From contig OX597820.1 of the NCBI GenBank assembly GCA_951406725.2, positions 95,542,001 to 95,606,000 of the forward strand: DNA of 64,000 nt. The letters run 5' to 3'. Positions 1 through 12,236 of the stretch are shown here, one piece after another. The notes beneath the pieces were generated by a model. It was not told the origin of the DNA. It ran no database searches and saw nothing but the letters and a program-made list of their open reading frames with translations. This DNA comes from Octopus vulgaris. Its lineage: Eukaryota. The first letter of the stretch is position 1. Each line of letters starts with the position of its first letter. A program made the translations under genes and the position numbers.

Positions 1-2
1 AA

Positions 3-326
3 GAAAAATATGTCTCACGAAGAATATGCTTCAAATGTCGAAAGTGGTCTTCAAATATTTCTCAAGCGTTAAAACTTTCTTCAAATTCACGGAAAACAGG
101 TGTTCAGACTATTGAAAGGCATTCAAACTATTCAAGCATTGTTGAGCCAACTACTGAAGACTTTTCTCAAACACCTAACAAGTTTGGCTTATTTGCGCTA
201 ACTGCAGAATTATTTAAGTGTACCGTCGATAAACAACATGACTTGAAATATTGCAGGGGATTTGATTTCGATCAATCTTGGATGTTTCTAACTGATGCAC
301 AGAACAGCGCTATCTGGATACAATAG
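3..326 (+). CDS. Possible 3' end of a coding exon cut by the window edge (unassigned)
   Basis: Frame 3 has no stop for 107 codons (EKYVSRRICFKCRKWSSNISQALKLSSNSRKTGVQTIERHSNYSSIVEPTTEDFSQTP...WIQ) up to TAG at 324-326, in non-repetitive AT-rich DNA. No homology recognised. Confidence 0.2.
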   Translation, partial: EKYVSRRICFKCRKWSSNISQALKLSSNSRKTGVQTIERHSNYSSIVEPTTEDFSQTPNKFGLFALTAELFKCTVDKQHDLKYCRGFDFDQSWMFLTDAQNSAIWIQ

Positions 327-596
327 TTTGCAGAAAAATTCTCAGGAGAAATCAACTAGTGATAGGTATAATATATAAAAATGTAGAAGAGGAGGCTCCG
401 AAATTCAGGAACTCCATTCCTGAATTTTTTGCGGCGTTGAAAAATTTTGCAGTAGCAATGTTATAGTACTTTCCTCAATACATATCTGTGAATTATTGTT
501 TTCAATGATAAGCCAGTGCAGCGTACATTTTCCTTTCTTTGATTTTTTTTTGTATTAGTGTTTATATTTCATATTCTTAAATTAGCGTAAAATAAA

Positions 597-855
597 AGCG
601 GTGAAATGGCTGAATCCTTACCACGTCGGACAAACCTTTTTTTTTTAGCGACATTTTTTCCGGCTTTTTAGTTTGAGTTCAAACTCCGCTGATGTCAGAT
701 TTTGCTTTCCTCCTTTCCGGATCGATAAACTAAAGCATCAGTCAGGTACTGGGGTCAATGTAATCAACTTGTCCCCTCCCGCAAAATAAGGTACCTGTCG
801 TTTAAACTCTCTCCGCAAAATTGCTGGCCCTCTACCTAAATTAGACACAGTTATT
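597..855 (+). mobile_element. Degraded tRNA-derived SINE, family A
   Basis: GAGTTCAAAC B-box followed by a decayed TTTGCTTTCCTCCTTTCCGGATCGATAAA core, similar to the intact copies at 5247-5481 and 15440. Confidence 0.65.
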
Positions 856-2013
856 AAGGTAAAATATATTACATAAAAATATATGTAATTTGTGTATTGT
901 CTTGTTTCAAAACATTGAAAATAATTTTTGTAAGGTGTTTATAATGTACAATTGTGTTTATAGTGTACAATTGTGTTTGTAAACTTGGTTTTCAATTGTC
1001 TTTAGAAGACTATAGCCATGAATAATTCTTTCAACATGCTTTCTAAACTATTTTCATGTATTTCAATTTCCGTTTTATATTTCTGTTAAAAGTAAAATAT
1101 AACAAGAACAAATATGAAGACTTCTCTATTTTTTCCTGAAATATGATCCATTATCATTGTTATTTATTCATTAAATTTACTTTTTATATTTATTACTTTT
1201 TATGAGTAAAAGATGTAATTCATAAAACAATTCTGTTAAAACAGTTTAGAAGTTACTGATTGTCTAAAGCAAGAATTCTTTAATAATATTTTGTTTTTCT
1301 ATAAAATAATTTATAAAGGAGAAAAATAAAAATACAAAACTGAAATTCTACGCCAAAACTATTTCTTCGATCGCGTATATTAATTTTGGTTCTTAGAATA
1401 TTATCGTCAATGCGGGCAGATGCGCTCAAAATTTTCACCACCCTGGATTTAAGATGTCAAATAATCTGATATCTTTACCTAGTTTACGCAGCCTTACCTA
1501 AGACTTAACTAAATCTTCATTCACAACTACCATCTAATTATGATGATCTATATTAAACCCATTAACTTTCTTTTCTGTTGGCTCATAATTAAAAAGTCTC
1601 TGAAGCAAGTGAAAAATGTAAACTCACTACCACTATTAAAAATCGAAATTATCATTTAGTTTTCAAAACGTATTAGAAGAAATGCAAAATCTAAGTTAAA
1701 CTATATATTTTAGCTTTGAATTTTTATACAAAACGACTTTTAGAAATGTGTTCTCAAACTTAATTTCTTTTTTTTTTTCTGGTAACTTCTGATATAGCAA
1801 TAAGTACCAATATATAAGTTCTAATATTTGACGATTTTCGTTTATAGAGGAGATTGTATTTCTGTTGCAGTGGATATTCAGAAGAAAAAAAACCCCAGCA
1901 AAATACATAAAGAATTATACTGTCTAACAGAACTGAATTCTTAAATTCATGGGATTTTATTTGTTTTAGCAGTTACATATTTGTTCCACACCCCACCAAA
2001 GCTCTTATATTAA

Positions 2014-2212
2014 CGCCATATTCTAAGAAGCAGAGGCCTAGAAAATATTATCATGGAAGGAAAAGTAGAGGGTAGTAGATACAGAGGCAAGCAAAGAACG
2101 CAGCGGATGGACAATATCACAAACTAATTGAACAAGAAATGGAAGGTAGCTATAGAACTCGTGCTTAAACGGAAAGACTTTCGTTGTAGTGTCATCAATG
2201 CGCTGCAGACAA
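2014..2212 (+). mobile_element. RTE-clade LINE, C-terminal fragment
   Basis: Translates RHILRSRGLENIIMEGKVEGSRYRGKQRTQRMDNITN*, matching the RTE motif GHI.R...LE....EGK.EG.R.RGRQR..W.D.I. Contains an internal stop. Confidence 0.8.
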
Positions 2213-2250
2213 ATAGCTAAAATTTGCCCCGTTTATAATTATACCATATG

Positions 2251-2252
<2 letters not shown>

Positions 2253-2320
<68 letters not shown>

Positions 2321-2346
2321 GCGCGCGCGCACATATATATATATAT
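2253..2346. repeat. Compound (CA)n-(CG)n-(TA)n microsatellite
   Basis: Directly visible, continuous purine/pyrimidine alternation. Confidence 0.95.
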
Positions 2347-3088
2347 TCTAGCTTAAAAGCCACGCAATAGGGCAGTTTTTAAGTTCGCTCCTGTGGAGGG
2401 CTCTTCATTGGGCCTAGGGACCAACAATGACACTTCACGCATTGAATACACATTAGATTTTATTGAACTTGACCAATATTTTCCAAGCAATGGACATTTT
2501 TCATCAAAATTTGTCGATTTGGTACTTAGTGCAAAGCTTCCTGATAAACAATATTTTTTGTCTTTCCATTCAAGGGTAAGTACAATTTTTTTCTGTCTAA
2601 CCTCTTTCTTTCTTTCTTTCTCTCTCTCTCTCTCTTTCTGTTGATTGTTTTCAACCATCACCAGCACCACCACCAACGCCACCACAACTGTCATACACAC
2701 ACCATTCACACTTCTGACGTTACCACCATCAATGCTTCTGAGTTTGCCGCTTTCCCCTCCACCACCATCACCACTATCTTTCTCATCACTTACTTCGGCA
2801 CCATCACCACTGTCTTTCACTTCGCTTACTATCACCGTTATCTCTGACTGACCATCACGACCATTATTACCATCACCTCCGCATCTAACTACAGCTCATA
2901 CTATTACTATCACTCTATTACCATCACAACCGTCAATCTACTAACTTCTCTATTCCTACTATTACTCTCACCCCATCACGAGGAATAGTGGAAGTGTCAT
3001 TGAATAGTGAATGAGGGGTCAAAGTATGACACATTAACACACAGAAATTCATTTTGGTATTTATTATTATAGATATATATTATTATAG

Positions 3089-3124
<36 letters not shown>

Positions 3125-3282
3125 TTATAATAATAATAATAATCTACTTGTTCGTTCACCAGTTATACCTTAGTTATTTAGAGAAGGGATCGAGTGAGTA
3201 GTGAGAGGTGCAGTAAAAGTAAAAAGAAGAGAAAGGGGAGGAGAGAGAGTAGAGAAGAAAGGAATAAGTAGAAAAAGACAAT

Positions 3283-3350
3283 TGTTGGCATCCTTTTTGT
3301 CTCGGGAGACAATGGAGTTGCGCATAAAGTAGTCTAGTCCGGCTTTTATA
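3283..3350 (-). mobile_element. Short 3'-tail fragment of the RTE family seen at 8611-9601
   Basis: TTGGCATCCTTTTTGTCTCGGGAGACAATGGAGTTGCGCATAAAGTAGTCTAGTCCGGCTTTTATA closely matches about 8617-8682. Confidence 0.75.
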
Positions 3351-5043
3351 ACAATATTGATACACAATAAGGCCAAATCCATCACGTGGTAAGTTGAAAA
3401 GAGAGGGGAAGAGCAAGAGAAAAAGGCAGCGGGAGAAAAGAGGAAGAGGGAAGTGTTAACAACGCGCTGTAGGATGGGGAGGGGAAGGTAAAGAGAAGAG
3501 AAAGGATACAATATTTAACAGAGGGTGATGTTCTGGTGGTAAGGTTAAAGAAAGGCAGATAGAGAGATGGACAGGTGAGATAGTTACATTAAAAGAGAGA
3601 GAGAGAGAGGGAGTGTGTGAGAGAGAGAGAGAGAGGGAGAGAAGGTGGGGGAGAGAGATGAGGAGAGAGGGTGAGAGAGAGAGGGAGAGAAGGTGGGGGA
3701 GAGAGATGGGGAGAGAGGGTGAGAGAGAGAGTTTGTATTTTCAGAATAGAGACACAGCGACGGCAAGAAAAACAAACAGCTGAACTGAAATGAGCTTTGT
3801 TACTGAAAACTATGATGATGATGATGGTTGTTATGGTGGTGTTGGTGTATTGATAGTCAAAATATTTTTTTTATTGAAATAAATCTCTAATATTCTTCTT
3901 CTAACTGTTTGTTCATAGTGTAAGCTTTAGTTTAATAGAGGAGGAGGTGGAGTAAGATGAAGAGGGAATGTGAGAATGAGTGAGAGAGCAGACAGCCAAC
4001 CGATGCATTATGTTGTCGAAGAGAGAGACATGAAGAGGGGAATTACATGGTTAAAAAGTTTGTTGAAGGTATGCAGACCTGGGCAAACTTAGCGCGATAC
4101 AAACTGGCACCAGCATCGCGGAAGGCGTTTCTGTAAGAACGCAAAAGGCCAGGACAGATACCACAAGGAAATTCATCTGATCCTTTGACATTTTCACCAA
4201 TCTGCTACACTGCATTGTTATTTTATGTATCAATATCTGAATGGATAAAAAGTGAAGTTGATCTTAGCGGACTGGAACTCATAGCTTTAAGGATTTAAAT
4301 TATTCCTTATTTATTTTATTATTCATTGATTTGAAAGTGCTGATCAAGTATGTTACAATGTAGCAGCTTATTTTAAGCAAACTGGTATTAAGGATTTTCT
4401 TATTTGTTATGCAGGAAAAAAGTTTTTTCTTTCTAGTTTGAGAAACGTTCCCCCTACCGACATACTTAGATTTCTTGCAAATAGACTTTCTGCTTCTCTT
4501 CATCCTACTAAGATGTGTTCTTAAAGATTAATGGTTTGCTGGAAACCACTAGATGCAGGAGCATTGTTGTGGAAGCTAGCTACCTTATTCACTGACATTT
4601 TCATCATAACAAATTGTCGAAATTCGCTTGCTCGGGTTATTGTTGTCCATAGATAACATTGGTTCATTAGGTTTAATGCATAGCTGAAATTATTCATTAT
4701 TACAGCTGAATGTTATAGCTAAGAAATGAACTACATTAAGGTTAATAATTGTTATAATTTTTAGGTTCGTTATTAAATCGCTTTATTAGGGCCTTACTTA
4801 AAATATCCACCTGCTGTCTGCTTATACTATTGCAGTTCAACATATCTCCATATCTAAAGTTATAGTAATATATATGTAATGATATTTATATATAAAAATG
4901 ATTACATTAAACATTAACTGAATGAAGAACTCACTGCGTGAAGTAAAGTTAATTATATTTTTTGAGTGTGATAGTGAATTCAAAGTTTCTCTAAAAAAAA
5001 TGGCGTTTCAAACTTTTAGACTGATTGTCAGTTACACAATGTC

Positions 5044-5527
5044 CCTACCTACCTACCTACCTACCTACCTACCTACCTACCTACCTACCTATCTACCTAC
5101 CTACCTACCTATATACCTACCTACCTACCTACCTACCTACCTACCTACCTACCTACCTACCTACCTACCTACCTACCTACCTACCTACCTACCTACCTAC
5201 CTATATACCTACCTACCTACCTACCTACCTACCTACCTACCTACATACCTATTTCTTTACTACCCACAAGGGGCTAAACACAGAGAGGACAAACAAGAAT
5301 AGACAAACAAATTAAGTCGATTATATCGACCCCAGTGCGCAACTGGTAATTATTTAATCGATCCCGAAAGAATGAAAGGCAAAGTCGACCTCGGCGGAAT
5401 TTGAACTCAGAACGTAGCGGCAGACGAAATACCGCTAAGCATTTCGCCCGGCGTGCTAACGATTCTGCCAGCTCGCCGCCTACCTACTTACCTACCTACC
5501 TACCTACCTACCTACCTACCTACCTAC
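5044..5527. repeat. (TACC)n microsatellite interrupted by a SINE
   Basis: Directly visible on both sides of 5247-5481. Confidence 0.95.
5247..5481 (-). mobile_element. tRNA-derived SINE family A, full-length monomer (central domain resembles the Meta domain)
   Basis: Minus strand reads AGGCGGCGAGCTGGCAGAATCG (A-box region) ... GAGTTCAAATTCC (B box) GCCGAGGTCGACTTTGCCTTTCATTCTTTCGGGATCGATT.... More than 10 copies occur in the window. Confidence 0.9.
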
Positions 5528-5852
5528 ATACATACAATCTATTAGTGATACAGTGAAGATTTGTAAGACATACCCCAACTTCTCCATCTGAGATACTTAT
5601 GTGAACATACTTAAGCGTATGCATTGACAATTTAACCAACACACCAAAGCAAACAAATATTTACAAATACAGGGAACTGTCTTAACTAAAAATGTCTTGT
5701 TACTTTGTTAGCAACCGGCTTGAACTCTCTCAAGAACTCTCTCATATATACATGACGAAACATTTGCCCTGTTGGAATCATTTCCATACGTAATTATTAT
5801 ATTTTGTAGTAGGGGTTCTGAATGAGAGAAGATGCGAAACAGCCACTAAAAA

Positions 5853-6962
5853 TGGCCGTGCAAAAGTTTTCAGCCACCTCACATACACCAATCAAGATAC
5901 AGTGCTTTAAAACAGAAAGATGTCTATAATGGAAGTTTATTACATAATGTTCATTTCAAGAAGTTATTGTGCATTATTAATATTTCGTGTGGCTTCCCTT
6001 AGCTTGAATAATTGCTTCAATGAACCTAGGAATGAAATCCCATTCTCTGTGGGTGAGCTCTCACAACTATTCCAGACTGCGTGGATTCTTCTGACGAACT
6101 CTTCTCTTTAGTTCTGTCCAAATTTGCTCGATGATATTTAAGTCAGGGCTCTGAGCTGCTCAATCTTTCAATACGATAGCATCTTCATCAGCTAGACTCC
6201 ATTGTATTTCACGCGATTTGTGGTACAGAGCTCCGTCATGCTGAAAAATCACACCTTCATCCAAGTCTGGTATCAAATTGTCCCTCAGCAACTGGATGTA
6301 TTTGGCATTATTCATGTTACCGTCAATTTTAACCAACTTGTTTTTTGAACCGCCACTTTTTATGTATCTCCAAAGCACCAGACTCTTACCCCTAAACATC
6401 ACTGTTTTCATCGTATAACATGGGTCGTTTCGCTTTCTAATAAGCGAGAATTTGTCATAATTGTCACTACACAAGTGATCACGCGAAGTAGCCACACACA
6501 CAAACTCACAGAAACTCACATGCAAACAAGAACATGCAGACACACAAAAACACATACAGACACACACATGACACGCGATTGGTTCACAGATGCGCTGTCT
6601 TTTCACTGTGTCAATTCTTTTTTTGTTGTTGTTGCTACAGCCACTTCTTTTCCTCAGCTGTGTACTACCTTCAATCAAAATTCATCCGACGCGCCAGGCT
6701 CTCCTTCTCATTATCTCACGGTGCCTCATCTCCCGATCCTGTACTAAACATTGTCCGTAAGCTTTACAAGTCTTCTCGAGCCAAAGATATAGGTGCATTC
6801 GACGTTCATGTTAGATTTCAGAAAGCTTGCCAAAGCACGTGGACGAAAGAGGAAGTGCTGAGGGATTTAGGTGTGAGAAGGAATAAGTAAAAGGCTGAGA
6901 GCAGTATTTTTCAGAAAGAATCATCACACAAACGCGAGAGGCCGAAAAAGTTTGACGGTATT
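5853..6962 (-). mobile_element. Tc1-family DNA transposon remnant (transposase pseudogene)
   Basis: ORF 6160-6678 and its continuation give ...LVKIDGNMNNAKYIQLLRDNL...IFQHDGALYHKS...*AAQSPDLNIIEQIWTELKRRV...IQAKGSHTKY, the Tc1 second D and SPDLNxIE motifs. Degenerate TIRs lie near 5853 and 6960. Confidence 0.9.
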
Positions 6963-7696
6963 ATTTGTGGGCTGTTCATAATAGGGTAAGTGTAGTGTAA
7001 GACTCTTTTCATCCCTCTAGCAATTCATACAAGCACATACATACACACGCATGCACACGCACACAGACGCACGCACAAGCATACATGCATGCATACATAC
7101 ATACATACATACTGACAGACTGACATACATATATACATACATACAGACAGACAGACAAACATATAAATACAGATAGACACACATTAGAGTGTCGCATACA
7201 TTTATATAGAAACGATTTTGCTGTAGCAGCGATAATAAAACTATTTGAAAAGAGACTAAAATACGAATACTTCTGTCACCTATGGTATAACTTGAAACCA
7301 CCGCTCCAACGGTAAGAAAAAACATATGACATTTATGCAGTAGATCAATTGGTAACAGTGGCTGAACTATACTTTCGCAAAGCACTGTTAAGCGATGTAA
7401 CTGATTAGAGAGCCTCTACGTGATCGATGAAATTGGCAAAAGAGCAGTGATATATTCTTCAAATTAAACACTATCGCTTTTGGAAAAAGAAAAATACAAC
7501 GGATAATGTAGTCTTAGACCCAGACATAATATCTGTTGATTATAGCCTGACTGTTTTTGACCCGTGGGTCAGCTCAACGTTAAATAAATTAATGTTTCTC
7601 CACATCGCCGATGATATCCAAAAGAAAAGAATGGCCGATAAAACATAGTATAGAGTCATCGCAGAATAACTCAGAAAGTAAAGAACCAGAAGAAAT

Positions 7697-8122
7697 ACTC
7701 TCTTTACTCTTTTACTCTTTTACTTGTTTCTGTCATTTGACTGCGGCCATGCTGGAGCACCACCTTTAGTCGAGCAAATCGACCCCGGGACTTATTCTTT
7801 GTAAGCCCAGTACTTATTCTATCGGTCTCTTTTGCCGAACCGCTAAGTGACGGGGACGTAAACACACCAGCCTCGGTTGTCAAGCAATGCTAAGGGGACA
7901 AACACAGACACACAAACACAGACACACATACATATATATATATATATATACATATATACGACAGGCTTCTTTCAGTTTCCGTCTACCAAATCCACTCACA
8001 AGGCATTGGTCGGCCCGGGGCTATAGCAGAAGACACTTGCCCTAGATGCCACGCAGTGGGACTGAACCCGGAACCATGTGGTTGGTTAACAAGCTACTTA
8101 CCACCAAGCCACTCCTGCGCCT
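7697..8122 (-). mobile_element. tRNA-derived SINE family B (CORE-like, CR1-type tail), full length
   Basis: GGCGCAGGAGTGGC head, GGTTCAGTCCC B box, GGGCAAGTGTCTT CORE-like segment, tail GGTGCTCCAGCATGGCCGCAG...(GTAAAAGA)n. Other copies at 38368, 40317, 43624 and 46262. Confidence 0.9.
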
Positions 8123-8362
8123 GTTTGGTATTTTTTAAAATTCAACTCTCTGACACTTCCATCAATCCACCATCTGGATTGGTGAACTGATAGTTTATAT
8201 TGTGTATATTATCGATTCTATAAAAATAATCTTCCAAGTTGATCTGTGGCGAGATTCGAATTCGGAACATAAAGAATCGAATCAAATACTGCAAGGCATT
8301 GTGTCTGATTCCCTAACTATTTCGCTAACCCATTTCTAATCTATTGTTACTTTAAGAACATA

Positions 8363-9759
8363 CTAGCAGTATCGCCCGGCGTTGCTCGGGTTTGTAAGGG
8401 AAATAACTATATAAGCATTTTTAGAGAGTTATAGCCAAAAAATAGCAAAAAATGCATTAAAAATGGAAAAAAAATGATGGTAAATTTTTTAAAAATCGTT
8501 GACTCATCGTAGACATTTTTAGAGAGTTACTTCCCTTATATAATAGCGAAAAAATGCATTAAAATTGAAAAAATGATGGTAGATTTTTTTTTAAATCGTA
8601 GACTCATCGTATTGTATTGGCATCTTTTCTGTCTCGGGAGACAATGTAGTTGCGCATGAAGTAGTTTAGTCCGGCTTTTATATTTCATGTCCTGATACAT
8701 TTCCTGCTGTGGCTGTGTAGTCCTATCCTGGACAAACACTCCCTCTGGCAGGTACCGCAAATGTAGCGAAGAGAGTTCCTGGCTGGTTGTAGTGCCATAG
8801 TCTCTTGTTTACGTCTCTTCCTTTCTTTCCATTTCTCCCCTCTCTCTCTGTCACTCTTTTGTATTCCCTCTTTTACTGTACGTCGCCATTCTCCACGGTT
8901 GCCGGCAAACATCCTTGTAACGTAAGATCGGTCTACCCACAGACCTAGTACCCCTAGCAAGCTCTCCGTAGAGTATGTCCTTGGGGATTCTGCCATCTTT
9001 CATACGGCTAACACGCCCAAGCCATCTCGTACGTCTTTGTGTGAGGAGTGCAAACATGTTTGGTATTCCTGCTTGCCTGAGGACATCTTTGTTGGGGATA
9101 TGATTCTGCCATTTGATGCGGAGGATTTTTCGGAGGCAGCGCAGGTGAAAGATGTTTAGGCGACGCTCTTGGCGTGTGTATAGCGTCCAGGTCTCGCTTC
9201 CATACAGTAGAGTCCTGAGTACACATGCCTGGTAGATCTTCATTTTCGTGGTCTTGGTCAGCTTATTGTTGTCCCAAGCCCGTTTGGAGAGTTGGGCCAT
9301 CGCAGCAGCTGCCTTGCCAATGCGTATATTGAGCTCAGCGTCAAGGGATAGGTTGTAGGTGACGGTAGAGCCCAGATAGGTAAACTTCTCCACCTCTTGT
9401 AATCTGTGGTTTCCAATATGTATGTTTGGGATATCCGATGTAGCCTGGCCCATGATGTTGGTCTTCTTAAGGCTGATAGCTAAGCCAAAGTCGTTACATG
9501 CTTGCTCAAAACAGTTAATGAGCCTTTGGAGGGCTTCTTCTGTGTGTGTTACCAGAGCGGCATCACAGAAGAAGCCCTCCAAAGGCTCATTAACTGTTTT
9601 GAGACTCATCGTCGACGCGCGCTAATACCCAGAAGGGCTCGATATGAATCACGACTATAAAATACCCGGTTTTGGTTAAACTGCACCGCAAAATGTGGGA
9701 GTAGTTAGGAATCTAAATCGTAGGAGACAGACACACAACCTCTCTTTTATATATAAAGA
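8363..9759 (-). mobile_element. Non-autonomous Helitron with a nested RTE LINE
   Basis: Minus strand begins A|TC at 9760/9759 and ends with the hairpin CCCGAGCAACGCCGGG then CTAG|T at 8363/8362, i.e. an AT target with no TSD. An uninterrupted 302-bp sibling lies at 51860-52161. Confidence 0.9.
8611..9601 (-). mobile_element. 5'-truncated RTE-clade LINE with an 11-bp TSD
   Basis: ORF 8851-9609: DAALV...FGLAISLKKT...FTYLGS...RIGKAAAA...LLYGSETW, then a frameshifted C-terminal C2H2-like motif (CGTCQRECLSRIGLHSHSRKC). (CAATA) tail. TSD AGACTCATCGT at 8600-8610 and 9602-9612. Confidence 0.95.
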
Positions 9760-10249
9760 TATAGCTAACTCAGCTTTATAGAGGTCTGGTACGTTACTAT
9801 AAGTCAGTATCTAAAGGTATATCTTGATGAAGAAATAATGAATTGTTTGAATTATTCAAAAGTTTTTAGTTCCTTTGAATAATACATTTTGTTCATACTT
9901 AATCTATAAGCATACACATGCATACACATACGTACATACATAATACATATATGCATGCGTGCATACATACAAACACGCATACATACATATATTCTGTTCA
10001 GTTTGGCATTAAATCCATTATGATTTCTGCTGCAAAAATCAAATGGTTACATGCTAATGTCTGTAACTGCTTGAGATATTAATGTAACCCATTATTTCTT
10101 CGTGTATGAATTCGTGATTTATGCTAAAAATATTAATAATGTCAAAAAAAACAGCTGGAACTAATAACATTTTCAGCTGACATAGAAATGGAATTTGGCC
10201 AAAGAAATATTCATATTTGATTGTTGAACGGAGAAAGAAGTTCCCCAGA

Positions 10250-11000
10250 CACAAAATCTGTGCATCAATAGTCTCACTATCTCTCCTCTTTCACACAAAA
10301 AATGCTACAAATACCTATGCATTGATGAAAACATCTCATACGAATGTAATGTAAATAAAAATAGAGTACCTGAGAATATTATGCCAGACTTAGAAAAATA
10401 TGGTAGTCGTCGCTCGCTTCTTACACCAAAACAATATCCCACAATGCATTTGCAGTACCAATGCTGATTCCAGCATTTGGGTTTCTTGGTTTGTCTGTAG
10501 AGGAAATCTACTCCATAGATGTTAAAACCTGTATGATACTGACATCAACTGGAAACCTTCACAGAAGTAGTGATATCGACAGGCTCTCCCGAAGAAGAGA
10601 AAAAAGAAGGTAGAGGCTTGAAATCATTGCAGACAACCTTCGAATGCCGTGTAGTCTCTCTCAGACAGTATTTGCTGAACAGCACCAAAAGTAAATACAT
10701 TAACTTCGTGATGATAAGTGAAGAGAATAATATCATACGTGTCGGCAGCGAAGCACTCTCTTCCCGAGATGACCTCTTAGTCTAGCATAGCTCAAGAAAG
10801 ACCTGGGTGTGAAACGCTCAGCATACCGAAAAAGACCATGCATGGATATATTTCCCGAAGACTTGAAGAAAGACAGTAATATTGACAAGAAGCGAAGCCT
10901 TTCTTGGACTTGTGACAACTACATCATATCACACTTCAAAGGCTATACATTAGCAATCCGAAAACAGGAGATTGCTATGAAATACCTAATAAGAAAAAAA
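10250..11000 (+). mobile_element. Degraded R4/Dong-like (RLE-type) LINE fragment
   Basis: Broken frames read YKYLCIDENI...YYARLRKIW...HNAFAVP...SIDVKT...SDIDRL...EGRGLKS...SLSWT...SHFKGYTLAIRKQEIAMKYL. Confidence 0.8.
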
Positions 11001-11250
11001 AAGACAGTGAAGTCTTTGAAGACTCAAGATAATCTGGATAAGCTAGGGTATTCAGAAAAAAGAATCAACCAAGTTGTACATTATAATACAATCCGTAGTA
11101 GAACAATAAAAACATGCAGGAATTTTTCTGAAGTTTAAAATATTACATTTTTAAAAAAATCTACATTCCAACGTTCGAGATCTGTATGTTTGTTAGAAGC
11201 CATCTCCTTTCTCAGAGGAAGAATTTAATTAATTAAGAACAGAAGAGAAC

Positions 11251-11454
11251 TCCATCCATCCAACCGTCCGTCCGTCTGTCCGTCCGTCCGTCTGTCCGTC
11301 CGTCCGTCTGTCCGTCCGTCCGTCTGTCCGTCCCTCCGTCCATCCATCCATCCATCCATCCATCCATCCATCCATCCATCCATCCATCCATTCGTACATA
11401 CATACATACATACATACATACATACATACATACATACATACATGCATACATACA
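11251..11454. repeat. Compound (CCAT)n/(CCGT)n/(ACAT)n microsatellite
   Basis: Directly visible. Confidence 0.9.
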
Positions 11455-11455
11455 T

Positions 11456-11773
11456 TGGAGCACTCCGTCGGTTACGACGACGAGGGTCCCAGCTGATACG
11501 ATCAACGGAATAGCCTGTTCGTGAAATTAACGTGCAAGTGACTGAGCAATCCACAGACACGCCTAACGTAGTTCCCAGGGAGATTCAGCGTGACACAGAA
11601 TGTGACAAGGCTGGACCCTTGAAATACAGGTACAACTCATTTTTGCCAGCTGAGTGGACTGGAACAACGTGAAATAAAGTGTCTGGCTCAAGGACACAAC
11701 GCGTCGCCGGGAATCGAACTCACGACCTTACAATAGTGAGCCGAATGCCCCAACCACTAAGCCACGCGCCTTC
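11456..11773 (-). mobile_element. tRNA-derived SINE family C (CORE-like)
   Basis: GAAGGCGCGTGGCTTAGTGG A box, GAGTTCGATTCCC B box, TGTGTCCTTGAGCCAGACACTTTA CORE-like segment. A second copy lies at 30873-31166. Confidence 0.85.
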
Positions 11774-12191
11774 ACATACATACATACATACATACATACA
11801 TACATACATACATACATACATACATACTTGTACATGTAGGAACTTTAATATAAACTTGAATTTATCCTTAGAATGAACATGTATAAACGAGGGGTTTATA
11901 GATACGAGGCTAACACATATGCATGGAAGTATGTATGTATTTTTGTATATATGATATGCATACATACGAACATACATAAAAAAAACAAATGTTTGTGTGT
12001 GTGTGTCCACGCGCGTGCGTGTGTGTACGTTATTGATTTGTTTAGTTTCGCCTTTAACTGATTATTCAAGACGACAGTTGGGTCCTTGTCAGATCAATTT
12101 TACTAATAAATTTTACTCTGCTAAACGTATACAACCCTAGCAAATGACTTATTCTCTATGAGCTGTTCAACAATACCAAATATGTATGTAC

Positions 12192-12236
<45 letters not shown>

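Noticed and set aside
401-427. 11-bp hairpin followed by a T-run, resembling a rho-independent terminator
   Set aside because: Eukaryotic context and an AT-rich stem, with no supporting element; likely chance.
6146-6195. CTGATGA-A-GATGC tatc GTATT-GAAA hammerhead-like string (minus)
   Set aside because: Lies inside Tc1 transposase coding sequence, and stems I and III do not form; coincidence.
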